Positions 42,587-52,417 are shown, counted from the stretch's first letter. The stretch: DNA of 64,000 bases from Candidatus Freyarchaeum deiterrae (GCA_037305845.1 CP147778.1:1664001-1728000); one strand, 5' to 3'. The notes: generated by a model not told the origin, from the letters alone. Program-made: numbers and translations.

Positions 42587-43270
42587 TTGAAGGTAGCTGT
42601 TTTATTTAGCGGTGGAAAAGACTCGAGCTACGCTACTCAATGGAGTATCGACCAGTCTTACACTATTACGGCATTAGTATCTATTATTCCCAAGAGGTCT
42701 GACAGTTATATGTATCATACGCCCAATATTGAATTGACCAGGCTTCAAGCTAAGGCGACTGGATTTCCTCATATTACACGGCAATCTTCTGGAATTAAAG
42801 AAGAAGAAGTCAAAGATTTGGAAGCCGCTATCAAACCGTTAGATATAGACGGTATAGTTTCAGGGGCAGTTGCTAGCGAATATCAAAAGTCACGTGTAGA
42901 TTTAGTTTCAGAAAAATTAGGTATACGCAGTATAGCCCCGCTCTGGCATAAAGACCCATTAATCTATCTAAAAGACATCATAAACCGTGGTTTTCACGTA
43001 ATTTTCGTTGGAGTATACGCTCTAGGTTTTAATAAAAACTGGTTAGGGCGTAGGTTAGACGAGTCCGCACTCAAAGAACTAATAGAATTAAACAAAAATT
43101 ACGGAGTGCATTTATCGGGTGAAGGTGGAGAATATGAAACTTTGGTACTAGATGCACCTTTTTTCAATAGAGCTATAAAAATAATTAAATCTGAAACGAT
43201 TTGGGAAAAAGATAACGGAAATTTGGATGTCAAGCGAGCTAAGCTAATAGAAAAGGCTAAGAAGCTTTAA
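42587..43270 (+). CDS. dph6: Diphthine-ammonia ligase family PP-loop ATPase
   Basis: SGGKDS, SYMYH, GEGGEYET. Confidence 0.88.
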   Translation: MKVAVLFSGGKDSSYATQWSIDQSYTITALVSIIPKRSDSYMYHTPNIELTRLQAKATGFPHITRQSSGIKEEEVKDLEAAIKPLDIDGIVSGAVASEYQKSRVDLVSEKLGIRSIAPLWHKDPLIYLKDIINRGFHVIFVGVYALGFNKNWLGRRLDESALKELIELNKNYGVHLSGEGGEYETLVLDAPFFNRAIKIIKSETIWEKDNGNLDVKRAKLIEKAKKL

Positions 43271-43325
43271 ATTAATTTAATTTTCATAGTCCTAGTACCC
43301 CCACCAATTGACTGCTTGTGATTAA

Positions 43326-43622
43326 ATGGCTAAAAACCAAACCATATCAAAGAACCAAGTTGAACATGTAGCTTGGCTTGCTAGATTAGAGTTAACCGAC
43401 GATGAAAAAGAGGCATTTACAAAGCAATTAAACGAAATACTGGATTACTTCAAGAAAATTGATGAGATAGATACCTCAAACATCGAGCCTACTTTTCACG
43501 TTTTAGATTTAGTGAATGTACTGAGAGACGACAAAGTCGAGCCCTCCTTATCTAAAGAGGATGCATTGAAAAACGCCCCGCAGAAGGAAGATTCATTTAT
43601 AAAAGCCCCAAAAATACTCTGA
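43326..43622 (+). CDS. gatC: Asp/Glu-tRNA amidotransferase subunit C
   Basis: HVAWLARL, LRDD, NAP. Confidence 0.95.
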   Translation: MAKNQTISKNQVEHVAWLARLELTDDEKEAFTKQLNEILDYFKKIDEIDTSNIEPTFHVLDLVNVLRDDKVEPSLSKEDALKNAPQKEDSFIKAPKIL

Positions 43623-43653
43623 ACAATTCGATTATCTTCGGGAGTGAACAGCA

Positions 43654-45117
43654 ATGGTTAATTATAATGAATTGACGTGCCATGAACTCAAAGAGATGAT
43701 AGATAACCAGGAGGTTTCCTCGGAGGAAGTAGTGAATTCTGTTTTTGATCGCATAGATAAAATTGAGCCGAAGGTACATGCATATATTTCTTTGTTTCGA
43801 GATTCAGCTTTACAAGATGCGAGGGTTATCGATAGTCAAATTAAAAAAGGGGGAACTGTGGGCAAGCTGAGCGGGATTCCCATCGCAATCAAGGATGTTA
43901 TGTGTACAAAAGGTAAGTTTACTACCTGCGGCTCGAGAATTATTGAAAATTATATCCCCCCATTCGACGCGACTGTGGTTGATTGTGTTAAAAAAGAGGG
44001 CGTAATAATTACCGGCAAAACTAATACGGACGAGTTTGCTATGGGTTCCTCCACGGAGAATAGTGCTTTTGGCTATTCTAGTAATCCCTGGGAATTAGGT
44101 CATGTTACTGGAGGGTCTTCTGGTGGCAGCGCAGCCGCGCTAGCCGCAGATGAAACAGTACTGGCTCTGGGAAGCGACACCGGCGGCTCTGTCCGTTGTC
44201 CGGCAAGCTTCTGCTCAGTTGTTGGACTAAAACCAACCTATGGGCTGGTAAGTCGTTACGGGCTCATAGCTTACGCTAATAGTTTAGAACAGATTGGTCC
44301 CATGACCAAAGATGTTACGGATTGTGCACTATTATTAGGTATAATAAATGGAAATGATCACCGCGACAGCACCTCAGTGCCTTTCCCAAACAAAAGTTAT
44401 ATGAATGCTTTGGTTAGTGATGTCAAGGACTTTACTCTTGGAGTCCCGAAGGAATTTTTTGGTGAAGGCACAGAGGAGGCTGTTGAAAAATGTGTTTGGG
44501 ACGCCATTCACAAATTTGAGGATTTAGGCGCTAATTATGATGAAATTTCCATGCCCCACATGGCTTATTCAATTCCCACTTACTACTTAATAGCGATGTC
44601 CGAGGCAAGCTCAAACTTGGCTAGATTCGATGGAATTCGATACGGTTTTCGGGAAGAAAAAAACGAAGCCGACTGGGATACGGTTTTTGGAATAACCCGC
44701 CAGAAAGGATTTGGTGCAGAAGTTAAACGCCGTATAATCTTGGGAACCTTTGCTCTCTCGGCAGGGTACTATGATAAATATTATCTAAAAGCCTTGAAAA
44801 TTAGGACGCTAATAAAAAACGATTTCGAAAAAGCTTTATCAAAACATATCGCTCTCATAACTCCAACAATGCCAACGACTCCTTTCAAAATCGGTGAAAA
44901 AGTTGAAGACCCGCTCAGTATGTATATGAGTGACATAGATACTGTTCCCATAAATCTAGCTGGAGTTCCTTCGGTTTCAATTCCTTGTGGTTTTGCAAAC
45001 AATTTACCCATAGGCATGCAAATTATTGGACGCTTTTATGAAGAAGAAACTATACTGCGCATAGCATACACTTATGAACAAAACACTCAATTCCATAAAG
45101 AAAAACCAAATCTTTAA
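43654..45117 (+). CDS. gatA: Asp/Glu-tRNA amidotransferase subunit A
   Basis: GGSSGGS, SDTGGS.R, SSNLARFDG. Confidence 0.97.
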   Translation: MVNYNELTCHELKEMIDNQEVSSEEVVNSVFDRIDKIEPKVHAYISLFRDSALQDARVIDSQIKKGGTVGKLSGIPIAIKDVMCTKGKFTTCGSRIIENYIPPFDATVVDCVKKEGVIITGKTNTDEFAMGSSTENSAFGYSSNPWELGHVTGGSSGGSAAALAADETVLALGSDTGGSVRCPASFCSVVGLKPTYGLVSRYGLIAYANSLEQIGPMTKDVTDCALLLGIINGNDHRDSTSVPFPNKSYMNALVSDVKDFTLGVPKEFFGEGTEEAVEKCVWDAIHKFEDLGANYDEISMPHMAYSIPTYYLIAMSEASSNLARFDGIRYGFREEKNEADWDTVFGITRQKGFGAEVKRRIILGTFALSAGYYDKYYLKALKIRTLIKNDFEKALSKHIALITPTMPTTPFKIGEKVEDPLSMYMSDIDTVPINLAGVPSVSIPCGFANNLPIGMQIIGRFYEEETILRIAYTYEQNTQFHKEKPNL

Positions 45118-45197
45118 AAAAATAATTCTTGAAATAAATTCCAAGTCTGCCAAAAAGACTGAGATATCTAACATCCGCCCTTAGATGGTGAAAAAAA

Positions 45198-46673
45198 TTG
45201 GCCGGCGCTCAAAAATCAACTGAACTTGAAAAAAGTGAAGTCAAAATTGGATTGGAAATACATGTTCAACTCACCGCATTAAATACTAAGCTTTTTTGTG
45301 GTTGCAGCACAGACTACAGAGGCAAAGAACCTAACTCCTTTGTATGCCCAGTTTGTCTTGGTCTTCCAGGATCGTTGCCTGTTTTAAACAGAAGAGCAGT
45401 TGATTTGGGGATGATGGTCGCTATCGCTCTAAATTCTCAGATTTCCCACCGGATGATATTTGACCGCAAGAATTATTTTTATGTTGACATGTCTAAAAAT
45501 TTCCAAATATCACAATATGACAAAGCTGGTGGAATTCCTTTATCCATCGGAGGATGGGTTGATTTTGAAGTCAACGGGGCCGTTAAAAGGGTTGGAATTA
45601 TACGATTACAACTGGAAGAGGACCCCGCTCGTTTGTTTTATCACGGAACCATCGATAGCTCACCTTACACCCTAGTTGACTATAATAGGGCCGGTGTCGC
45701 CTTATTAGAAATTGTCACCGAGCCAGAGCTAAAATCAGCAGATGAAGCACGACTCTTCTTACAAAAACTACGCTCCATCATAGAACATCTAGGAGTTTCG
45801 AATGGCGCCCTACAAGGTTCGATGCGTTGCGATGCAAATATTTCTCTACAAGGCGGCAAACGAGTAGAAGTAAAAAATATCTCATCGTTTCTAGAGGTAA
45901 AAAGGGCATTACAGTATGAAATAATTCGGCAAAAACAGCTTCTGAGAAGAAAGTCAACTGTAGAGCAAGAAACACGACACTGGGATGCGGATAGACGAAT
46001 AACAATATCTCTTAGAACAAAAGAAACCGAAAGTGATTACCGATATTTCCCTGAACCAGATTTAGTACCGGTGGAAATATCCAAAAACTGGATCAAGGAA
46101 ATTCAATCCAGAATGCCAGAGCTTCCAGACGCCCGGAAAGCACGCCTAATAAAGGAATTTGATATACCGGAATATGATGCCGGGGTACTCACAAGTTCTA
46201 AAGCACTTGCAGATTTTTTTGAAGAATGCTGTCATTTATATCCCGACGCTAAAAAAATTAGTAACTGGATTATGACGGATCTGACTCGTTATCTAAAAGA
46301 GTTGGGAATTGAAATTTCAGAAGCAAAAATAAAACCAGAACACCTCATAGATATGCTAAAACTCATTGACGAAGGCGAGATAAGTGGAAAAATAGCTAAA
46401 AAGGTTCTAAACGAAATTTTAAGAAACGGGGAACCTCCTAAAGAAATCATACAAAAAGAAAATCTAATAAAAATTAGCGATAGAGCCCAATTACTGAAAA
46501 TTATAGACAAAGTTTTCGAAGAATTTCCCAAAGCAGTACAAGACGCAAAAACAGATCAAAACACTATAAATTATTTGGTTGGACAAGTCATGAACAAAAC
46601 AAAAGGAAAAGCAGATCCTGGAATCACAAACAAGCTAATAAGAAAAAAATTAGCGGAATATCCGACTGCGTAA
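45198..46673 (+). CDS. gatB: Asp/Glu-tRNA amidotransferase subunit B
   Basis: IGLEIH, DYNRAG, DYRYFPEPDL. Confidence 0.97.
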   Translation: MAGAQKSTELEKSEVKIGLEIHVQLTALNTKLFCGCSTDYRGKEPNSFVCPVCLGLPGSLPVLNRRAVDLGMMVAIALNSQISHRMIFDRKNYFYVDMSKNFQISQYDKAGGIPLSIGGWVDFEVNGAVKRVGIIRLQLEEDPARLFYHGTIDSSPYTLVDYNRAGVALLEIVTEPELKSADEARLFLQKLRSIIEHLGVSNGALQGSMRCDANISLQGGKRVEVKNISSFLEVKRALQYEIIRQKQLLRRKSTVEQETRHWDADRRITISLRTKETESDYRYFPEPDLVPVEISKNWIKEIQSRMPELPDARKARLIKEFDIPEYDAGVLTSSKALADFFEECCHLYPDAKKISNWIMTDLTRYLKELGIEISEAKIKPEHLIDMLKLIDEGEISGKIAKKVLNEILRNGEPPKEIIQKENLIKISDRAQLLKIIDKVFEEFPKAVQDAKTDQNTINYLVGQVMNKTKGKADPGITNKLIRKKLAEYPTA

Positions 46674-46786
46674 ATATACCCTACATGCTTTTCCCATCTC
46701 TACTAGAATCAATGAGTCTTCACGCTTAAAATGCTGCTTTTCAAAAAACAATTTAATAGAAGAAGGTTTAGGCTTTGGAGCAAATT

Positions 46787-46925
46787 GGTTGCTCTTTCTT
46801 CGGAAAGCCCTTCGCTAGAACGCGTTTAAATTCGTTCTAGCTGGGTGAAGCCCGATAACACCCTCTATCCCGTCTGCGAAAGCTTCCGGGAATGCCTTCT
46901 TCCGTAACTACTAGTAGAAGAAACC
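46787..46925 (+). ncRNA. Candidate structured ncRNA A, family unknown
   Basis: GC-rich island; cUUCGg hairpin; 9-bp GCTAGAACG/CGTTCTAGC stem; GGTT/AACC ends; T6 run follows. Confidence 0.45.
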
Positions 46926-46968
46926 TTTTTTCAAGCCTAATTAGTATAAATCATTCTTTTAAAAGTAC

Positions 46969-47200
46969 CACCGAGAAAGATAGAGGGGGGTGGGCTCCCT
47001 TTCGGGGGAAGTTGATGAGTTGCTGCTTTTGCTTCTGCTTCTTCTTTTTCCTTCAAGGGCTGATGCCCGATGTGCTCATCCACCATCGCGCATGGTGGAG
47101 TAAAAGAGAAAGCAGGAATAGGATAGGGAGTAGAATTTATAGGGGAGGAGTGATGTCAAGTAACTCCTGTAAGAGGGGCGTTGTTTAACCCCCGGCGGTG
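46969..47200 (+). ncRNA. Candidate structured ncRNA B, family unknown
   Basis: CACCG/CGGTG and GGGGG/CCCCC closing stems; UUCG hairpin; long pyrimidine/purine rod; TATA-like box upstream. Confidence 0.5.
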
Positions 47201-47355
47201 TACAGGTTCCTTAATAAAGAGTGAAACTAATTTTGCCCCAAAACCGTTTATAGATAAGAGGAAAAGTCTAAAATACTGTAATATCAAAATATTATCCAAT
47301 AAGATTATTCTATCTCTGGAGTTTTGATGTTTAAAAATAAAGTGGTGAGGTATTT

Positions 47356-48111
47356 ATGGAGTCAAAAGATTCTGTTGAAATTGTTGAGATCACTCCAATA
47401 ACTGTTCGCAAAATAAACTTTCTGATAGGGCTTCCAGATGTAGGTTTGGTTGGAATGATAGCTGCATCTCATCTAGTAGAGTCATTAAATATGAATGTTG
47501 TCGGCTATCTTGAGTCTGATCTGTTTCCACCAGTAATTGTTTTGCATGGAAACAAAATCTATCATCCCTTCAGAATCTATCAAAAAGATAACATTCTTTT
47601 GCTCTTATCCGAAATTCCTGTTCCCCCGTTAGCAGTTAATGCCATCTCTCAAGAACTAACCAAATGGTTGAAAGAAAAAAATGCTAGTCTTATTATGCCT
47701 CTCGGAGGAGTTCCAGTACCTAACAGAATGGCTGTTGAAGAGCCTGATGTTTACACAGTGCCCACAAATGATATAGCAAATAAATTAATAGACGATTTTT
47801 CACTTTTACGATTAGATGAGGGTATTATGGCAGGGCCTTATGCCAGCATTTTGTTGGACTGTAAGAAACTTGATCTACCATGCCTTGCTTTACTGGCTCA
47901 GAGCTTCCCTAACTATCCTGATCCAGGTGCTGCCGCATCGGTTATTAAGGTTATCAACAAAGTCTTGAAAATGAACATCGATGTAGGTGAGCTTATTAAG
48001 AATGCAGAGGAAATTCGTGTAAAAACGAGGGATCTTATGCAAAGAACTAATGAACAAGGTCAAACTATGGGTAAATCACAGGAGTATGATTTACCTGCGA
48101 TGTACTCTTAG
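47356..48111 (+). CDS. PAC2-family proteasome assembly chaperone
   Basis: GLPDVGLVG, PFRIY, PDPGAA, C-terminal MYS (HbYX). Confidence 0.9.
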   Translation: MESKDSVEIVEITPITVRKINFLIGLPDVGLVGMIAASHLVESLNMNVVGYLESDLFPPVIVLHGNKIYHPFRIYQKDNILLLLSEIPVPPLAVNAISQELTKWLKEKNASLIMPLGGVPVPNRMAVEEPDVYTVPTNDIANKLIDDFSLLRLDEGIMAGPYASILLDCKKLDLPCLALLAQSFPNYPDPGAAASVIKVINKVLKMNIDVGELIKNAEEIRVKTRDLMQRTNEQGQTMGKSQEYDLPAMYS

Positions 48112-48123
48112 GAGGGAAACATT

Positions 48124-48588
48124 ATGCCTGAAAAGAAAAAAACTGAGATAGATACTTTTGACCAAGTTATGAATTATATTTCTCAAGTTGAGAAGAGATT
48201 TGACGAAACTTTCTCCTCGATGTTTAGCCCTATTAGTGTCTCTAGACCTTCGTGGAATCCCGACAAATGTTGTCTTGTTCCTCTTGTTGAAGTTCAGGAG
48301 AACCCAGAAGAAATAATAGTTACAGCAGATCTTCCCTACGTGGATAAAGAAAACATTGATATTAACGCTACAGAAACTTCGTTAGAAATAGAAGCAAAAA
48401 TGAGAAATGCTATAAGATTCGAACGTTGGGGAACTGTTCAGCGTGAAATCTCATTCGATTGTTACCATAAATCAGTAAAACTACCCAGTAGAGTAGATTA
48501 CGAAAAATCAAAAGCAGAGTTCCAAGGAGGTATACTCCGCATCTCTTTACCTAAAAAGGCAAGCAAACAAAAAATTGAAATTACCTAA
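48124..48588 (+). CDS. Small heat shock protein (Hsp20)
   Basis: ADLP.V.KE.I and A.F.GG.L.I.LPK alpha-crystallin pattern. Confidence 0.92.
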   Translation: MPEKKKTEIDTFDQVMNYISQVEKRFDETFSSMFSPISVSRPSWNPDKCCLVPLVEVQENPEEIIVTADLPYVDKENIDINATETSLEIEAKMRNAIRFERWGTVQREISFDCYHKSVKLPSRVDYEKSKAEFQGGILRISLPKKASKQKIEIT

Positions 48589-48651
48589 ATAACTACCCTT
48601 TAAGTACTTAATAATTCGAAAAAATAAAAATTTCTTTGTAGGTGGCAATAA

Positions 48652-49047
48652 ATGTCAAAGAAAATCACTGAGGTTTCGCATATAAAGGTGGGCTCATACC
48701 TAGTAATAGACGAGGCACCATACAAGGTTGTAAGTACTGCAACGTCAAAAAGTGGCAAGCACGGTCACGCAAAGGTTCGTTTAGTAGCTGTGAATTTATT
48801 CGATGATACTAAAAAAGATCTTGTGCTCCCAGGCGACTCCAAGATTGACGTACCATTAATTGACAAAAGAAATGGGCAGGTTATATCAGTAGGCGAAAAC
48901 GTGATGCTAATGGACTTAGAAACATATGAGACCTTTGAAACTCCTAAACCGAAAGATGAAGAAATACTCTCAAAATTAAAAGACGGAGCAGAAGTAGAAT
49001 ACTGGATCGTTATGGGCAAGAAAAAAATAGTGAGGGCAAAGGGTTAA
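48652..49047 (+). CDS. eif5a: Translation factor aIF5A
   Basis: SKSGKHGHAK hypusine site. Confidence 0.97.
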   Translation: MSKKITEVSHIKVGSYLVIDEAPYKVVSTATSKSGKHGHAKVRLVAVNLFDDTKKDLVLPGDSKIDVPLIDKRNGQVISVGENVMLMDLETYETFETPKPKDEEILSKLKDGAEVEYWIVMGKKKIVRAKG

Positions 49048-49175
49048 CAACCACTATCTGTACACAACCTAATTTTTTAAAATTCAAAAATGATGAAACC
49101 ATTTTTCTTACAAATATTTTCTTTATTTTTAACAAAAAGGAAAATTTCAAGCTTATTCTATATTAAATTTGAGGC

Positions 49176-49736
49176 TTGTTAATGTCAGATATACGAAAAA
49201 AAACTTTAGAAACTAACGAGGAAAAGGCTAAAAGTTACGTTTTAGATTCTTCTGCATTAATAGGAGGCTATAATCCAAATTTAATAAACGCCAATCAATT
49301 TATTACACCCGATATTTTTGAGGAAGTAAAGGATGAAAACTCGCGTATGATTTTGAATTTAGCTGTTTCGAATGGGATTCTAAAAGTTAGACCACCAACC
49401 CAAGAATCTATTAAAAGTGTGAAAAATGCTGCGAAGAACACAGGAGATAGCACGGTGCTATCTTTAATAGACATTAAAGTTCTAGCTCTGGCGCTTGATT
49501 TAAAAAACGAAAATCAAAACCCAACAATAATCACTGATGATTACTCCTTGCAAAACGCTGCAGAAACCCTAAGCATCCCCTTCAAAACCATGATTAAAAA
49601 AGGCATAAAACAGGGTTTCATTTGGACAAAATATTGCACCTCCTGCAAAAAACAATATCCCAACACTTACCCTGAAAAAATTTGTGAAATCTGTGGGGGA
49701 AATATAAAGAGGAGAGTTTTAAGAAAAACTAATTAA
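49176..49736 (+). CDS. nob1: Nob1 PIN endonuclease
   Basis: VLDSSA, TGD...LS..D, TDDY..QN, zinc ribbon. Confidence 0.92.
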   Translation: MLMSDIRKKTLETNEEKAKSYVLDSSALIGGYNPNLINANQFITPDIFEEVKDENSRMILNLAVSNGILKVRPPTQESIKSVKNAAKNTGDSTVLSLIDIKVLALALDLKNENQNPTIITDDYSLQNAAETLSIPFKTMIKKGIKQGFIWTKYCTSCKKQYPNTYPEKICEICGGNIKRRVLRKTN

Positions 49737-49811
49737 AAAATAATTTTAATCATTTATAGCTCTCATGAGCGAAAAGTGCCTAATTTCATTTATTATAAAC
49801 GAAGAGAGTGA

Positions 49812-51005
49812 ATGCCCAAATTGGATGAAACTAACAAAATTTCTACTCAATATACCTACTCACCAGATGTGGTTTCCAGACTAATTGAATACTACGGAGA
49901 TACACGGGCGGAAAAAATAATAAAAGAATTAAAAACACCAAGCCGAGTTTTTTCGATTCGAGTAAATAGTCTATTAACTTCAAGCAGTCATGTCCTAAAA
50001 GAATTAGAACAATCGTCCATAAGAGCAAAAATACATCCCACAATTAATGAGGCGATAATACTAGAAGTAAAAGGTCCGTTTCCAATAGGGGGAACTGGAA
50101 AAATTATCATCGCAGATAAATTCGCATGCGAATCCGTCATGCAAGGCTCGGACTTGTACTCATCTGGAATAACCAGACTGGGAAAAATAAAGAAAAATGA
50201 CCCTGTTGTAATTCAGGATAAAACAGGGTTTAAAGTAGCAGAAGGAACATCAAAAATGGACAGCAAAGAAATAATGCAGAGAGTAAAGGGCGTTGCAGTA
50301 CAAACCACAAAATCTATCTACAAAGTTCCCGATCTTAAAAATTCCCATCTTTATACTAACGGATTGATATACTTCCAAAGCCTCCCCGCAATCATTGTTA
50401 GTAAGATTCTAAAACCACAACAAAACGAGTTTGTAATCGACATGTGCTCGGCTCCGGGAGGAAAAACCACACACGCGGCTCAAATAATGGATAACACTGG
50501 CAAAATTCTCGCCCTAGACCGCTCCAAAAAAAAGCTGGAAAAACTTAGAAGTAACATGAAGCGCCTAGGAATCAAAAACGTCATTTCAATACGCTTGAAC
50601 TCACTACTATTAAACAAAAAATACCCTTGCCTAGAAGCTGACAAAATCATAGTAGACCCCCCCTGCACCGCAATTGGAGTTAGACCAAAACTTTACGATA
50701 AAACCACAGAGGAACAAATTATAGCCACATCCGTATATCAACGCCAATTTCTAAAAGCCGCCGCAAAACTCCTGAAACCAGGAGGTACAATGGTGTACAG
50801 CACATGCACCATGACAGTCGAAGAAAACGAACTGAACGTAAAATACTGTTTAGAAGAACTGGGATTAGAACTCAATGATCTTCCAAAAACCTATGGCTCA
50901 CCAGGGTTATCAAACTACTTTACAGAAGCAAAAAAGACCCTAAGATTCGAACCTGATTTACATCAAACCCCCGGCTATTTTATAGCCTCTCTTCACAAAA
51001 CATAA
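49812..51005 (+). CDS. RsmB/NSUN6-like RNA m5C methyltransferase with PUA domain
   Basis: DMCSAPGGKT, DPPC, YSTC, EENE. Confidence 0.92.
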   Translation: MPKLDETNKISTQYTYSPDVVSRLIEYYGDTRAEKIIKELKTPSRVFSIRVNSLLTSSSHVLKELEQSSIRAKIHPTINEAIILEVKGPFPIGGTGKIIIADKFACESVMQGSDLYSSGITRLGKIKKNDPVVIQDKTGFKVAEGTSKMDSKEIMQRVKGVAVQTTKSIYKVPDLKNSHLYTNGLIYFQSLPAIIVSKILKPQQNEFVIDMCSAPGGKTTHAAQIMDNTGKILALDRSKKKLEKLRSNMKRLGIKNVISIRLNSLLLNKKYPCLEADKIIVDPPCTAIGVRPKLYDKTTEEQIIATSVYQRQFLKAAAKLLKPGGTMVYSTCTMTVEENELNVKYCLEELGLELNDLPKTYGSPGLSNYFTEAKKTLRFEPDLHQTPGYFIASLHKT

Positions 51006-51056
51006 AATAAGAATATGATATCCTACGTTTTAGTCTGGAACTTTTAAAAAAATATT

Positions 51057-51569
51057 TTAAATTTTCAAAATTTTAGCACTCATTTCCTCTAGGTCCAGAA
51101 TTGCTATTGTTCCGTTCCCAATAGTCACAACTCCATTAACTATAGGGTAACTACAGCTTCCGGGATTTATTACCAAAACATTGTTCTGTTTTGCAATGGA
51201 CGCCTCATGGCTATGACCATTGATAACAATGTCGTATTTTCCTGAGAGAATAAGCGCCTCTACAACTTCCGGCCACACTCCATGCGTTAGAGCTATCTTT
51301 TTACCACTGACTTCGAATGCAAAAAATATGGGTTTTAACTCGCCGCCAATTTTCTCCAAAAACATTCTCAAAGCCGCCGGGTCGCCATCGTTATTCCCAG
51401 TAACACATATAATTTTACAATTAAGTTTCTCGAACTCCCTAACGCTAAAGGGACTAACAATATCCCCAGCATGAAGCACAAGATCAACCGATTCCGAGTT
51501 GAACTTTTCAATAGCCGCCCGTATCGCCTCAAGCCTATCATGACTATCAGACATTATCCCAATCAACAA
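51057..51569 (-). CDS. YfcE/MJ0936-family metallophosphoesterase
   Basis: SDSH, HAGD, GNND, HG, GHSH, NPG. Confidence 0.9.
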   Translation of the reverse strand: MLIGIMSDSHDRLEAIRAAIEKFNSESVDLVLHAGDIVSPFSVREFEKLNCKIICVTGNNDGDPAALRMFLEKIGGELKPIFFAFEVSGKKIALTHGVWPEVVEALILSGKYDIVINGHSHEASIAKQNNVLVINPGSCSYPIVNGVVTIGNGTIAILDLEEMSAKILKI

Positions 51570-51596
51570 TCAAAATACCTCCATCTAACAATTATC

Positions 51597-52050
51597 TCAA
51601 TCTTTCACCCAATAGGCTCCACTACCAGAGTACTCCTTTTTATGGGCTGCCTTTCTAAGCAGCTTTCCATATCGGAGCCTCTTTCTTGTATCTCTCCACA
51701 GCCTCAACAAGTGCAGAAAACAATTCCTTCCTATGGGCTCCAGCAACAACTACGTACACCACTTCCTCTCCCACTTTAAATTCTCCCACATTGTGATGGA
51801 TTTGCACATCAATGATTCCTTCTTTATTCTTAATCTCCTCGCAAATATTTGTTAACGTTTCGTTCGCCTTTTCTTCATAAGCTTCTAATTCAAGCTTTTC
51901 CACCGGGATACTCTCTTGCGTTTCTCCACGAACTATCCCAATGAAACAGGCAATAGCACCAGCCTTGTACAAATCTGGATTTTTCTTAATCTCGCTAATT
52001 ATGTCCATTAAATCTATCTCACCTTTATTATGAACTTCACCAGATCTCAT
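51597..52050 (-). CDS. moaE: Molybdopterin synthase catalytic subunit MoaE, spliced (exons 52050-51665 and 51639-51597, 142 aa)
   Basis: GA...F.G.VR, HR...F and K..APIWKKE...W; the last motif is restored only after removing intron 51640-51664. Confidence 0.92.
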
Positions 52051-52275
52051 AATTTAAACCTCCTAAAAAGGACCAAACTAATTGAAAATTGATATTATAT
52101 TCCCAAATAAAAATGGAACGCATAATATTTCTACTAATTGGTTGATTAAAAACCACACGAGATTTTTAAATATTCATAAATCAGAACATTTGCTATATAT
52201 TAATAAATTTTATAGATATTCGTCCGACATATATTTAAAACTAGTAACCCTAAAAGAAGTCTAGGAGAAATAAAG

Positions 52276-52417
52276 GCAGGGCTAGCTAAGTGGTTAACAG
52301 CGCCGGACTCAAGATCCAAAAAAGTAGCCTAGATGGTTAAGCCATCCGGTCCCGTAGGGGTACGGGAGTTCGAAAGAGGGTAAAATTAACCTTCCGATAT
52401 TCTCCCGCCCTGCACCA
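52276..52417 (+). tRNA. tRNA-Leu(CAA) with two introns: 52314-52343, 52375-52400
   Basis: Acceptor GCAGGGC/GCCCTGC, A73, CCA, long variable arm; 86 nt after intron removal. Confidence 0.9.

Noticed and set aside
46840-46870. Twister or other self-cleaving ribozyme (AAGCCCGATAA)
   Set aside because: Required pseudoknots and P1/P2 elements are missing
46892-47188. 98-aa ORF
   Set aside because: Low-complexity translation with no motif; better explained as structured RNA
51110-51152. Hairpin in the phosphoesterase 3' region as an in-frame intron
   Set aside because: No 4-bp helix with 3-nt bulges; the reading frame is intact
51655-52050. moaE as a truncated pseudogene, as the ORF track suggests
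   Set aside because: The missing C-terminus is intact downstream and rejoined in frame by BHB excision
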